A stretch of DNA of 64,000 nt from Eledone cirrhosa (Eukaryota): positions 143,220,001 through 143,284,000 of the forward strand of contig OZ024740.1 of assembly GCA_964016885.1 (NCBI GenBank), given 5' to 3'. Shown piece by piece: positions 63,271-64,000 of this stretch. Under the pieces are notes generated by a model that did no database searches, had not been told where the DNA came from, and saw nothing but the letters and a program-made list of their open reading frames with translations. Each line of letters opens with the position of its first letter. Position 1 is the first letter of the stretch. Made by a program: the position numbers and the translations under genes.

Positions 63271-64000
63271 TATGAGCAAGACAAGGTTATCCAACCTGGC
63301 ATTGCCCACAACAGGACAACCCATCTAACCTATGCTAACGTGGAAGAATGGAAGTAAAACGGTGATGATGATGATGATATATTAATCTTAAATACCATCA
63401 ATTTTATTATGAGATATTGTTAGTTTTCCTTCTTGTATGATGCACGAAGACACCAACCATCCAACATCTCTCATTTATATTATAATCTATCTATTTATCT
63501 ATCTATCGTCCGACAGGTAACGGTAACAATATTTTTGCTATATGAAGCAAGGAATTCAATTAAATTCAATTATAAATATTTTTTTATAAATATCGAAAGA
63601 AGTCATCCATTTTGTTTTATATCTCCATTCTGTAGAAAAGAGAGAGAGAAGATGAAAGAGAGAGAAAGAGAAAGAAAGAAGAAGGGTTTATTTTCAACCA
63701 TACAAAATTACACTAAAATGTTGCTGGCATACCCCATGAGTAAGTGAAGAAAAAAGGTTGGTTCCTTGCCGATAGGGTCAAAATTTCTTTTTTAACGTTA
63801 CATCTTGCTAGTATCGACACAGGAACGTAAATAGGTCTTGTCTTCTCAAAGTGAATGTAGCAACTGTGTGAAGTCAAAAAAATTAGCTGGCCAGAAGTTG
63901 TTTCTCGGTATTTCTGTGCCGCCGGTTTAGAGGCCCAGCAATTTACCAAGCGCAACCCAATTGCTCCACTTCGGCAAGTAGTGCCTTTGCTTACTCCAGG

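Noticed and set aside
63713-64000. Open frame running off the window end on the minus strand
   Set aside because: No recognisable motif and truncated by the window, so it cannot be assigned.

Overview
AT-rich, repeat-dominated animal genomic DNA. The repeat repertoire (RTE LINEs with (GAT)n tails, tRNA-derived SINEs, (TA)n/(TATC)n microsatellites) suggests an octopus or other coleoid cephalopod, but that is inference. Most ORF-track entries are transposon fragments or noise. Identified by eye: (1) at least two RTE LINE lineages, one with a PHD-type finger in ORF2 and one 941-codon open copy; (2) R4/Dong-like, CRE-like, CR1 and L1/Tx1-like fragments; (3) several Helitron derivatives; (4) two non-coding LTR elements, one young, whose tRNA-Trp primer-binding site extends to 32 nt with a mismatch exactly opposite tRNA position 58; (5) three families of Penelope-like fold-back repeats carrying hammerhead ribozyme motifs; (6) a minus-strand host gene largely missed by the ORF track, with five phase-compatible exons (28512 down to 12680) encoding the transmembrane helix and cytoplasmic tail of a single-pass membrane protein. 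Its 5' exons were not found. All alignments were done by eye, so boundaries of degraded repeats are approximate and family names come from recalled motifs, not database searches.
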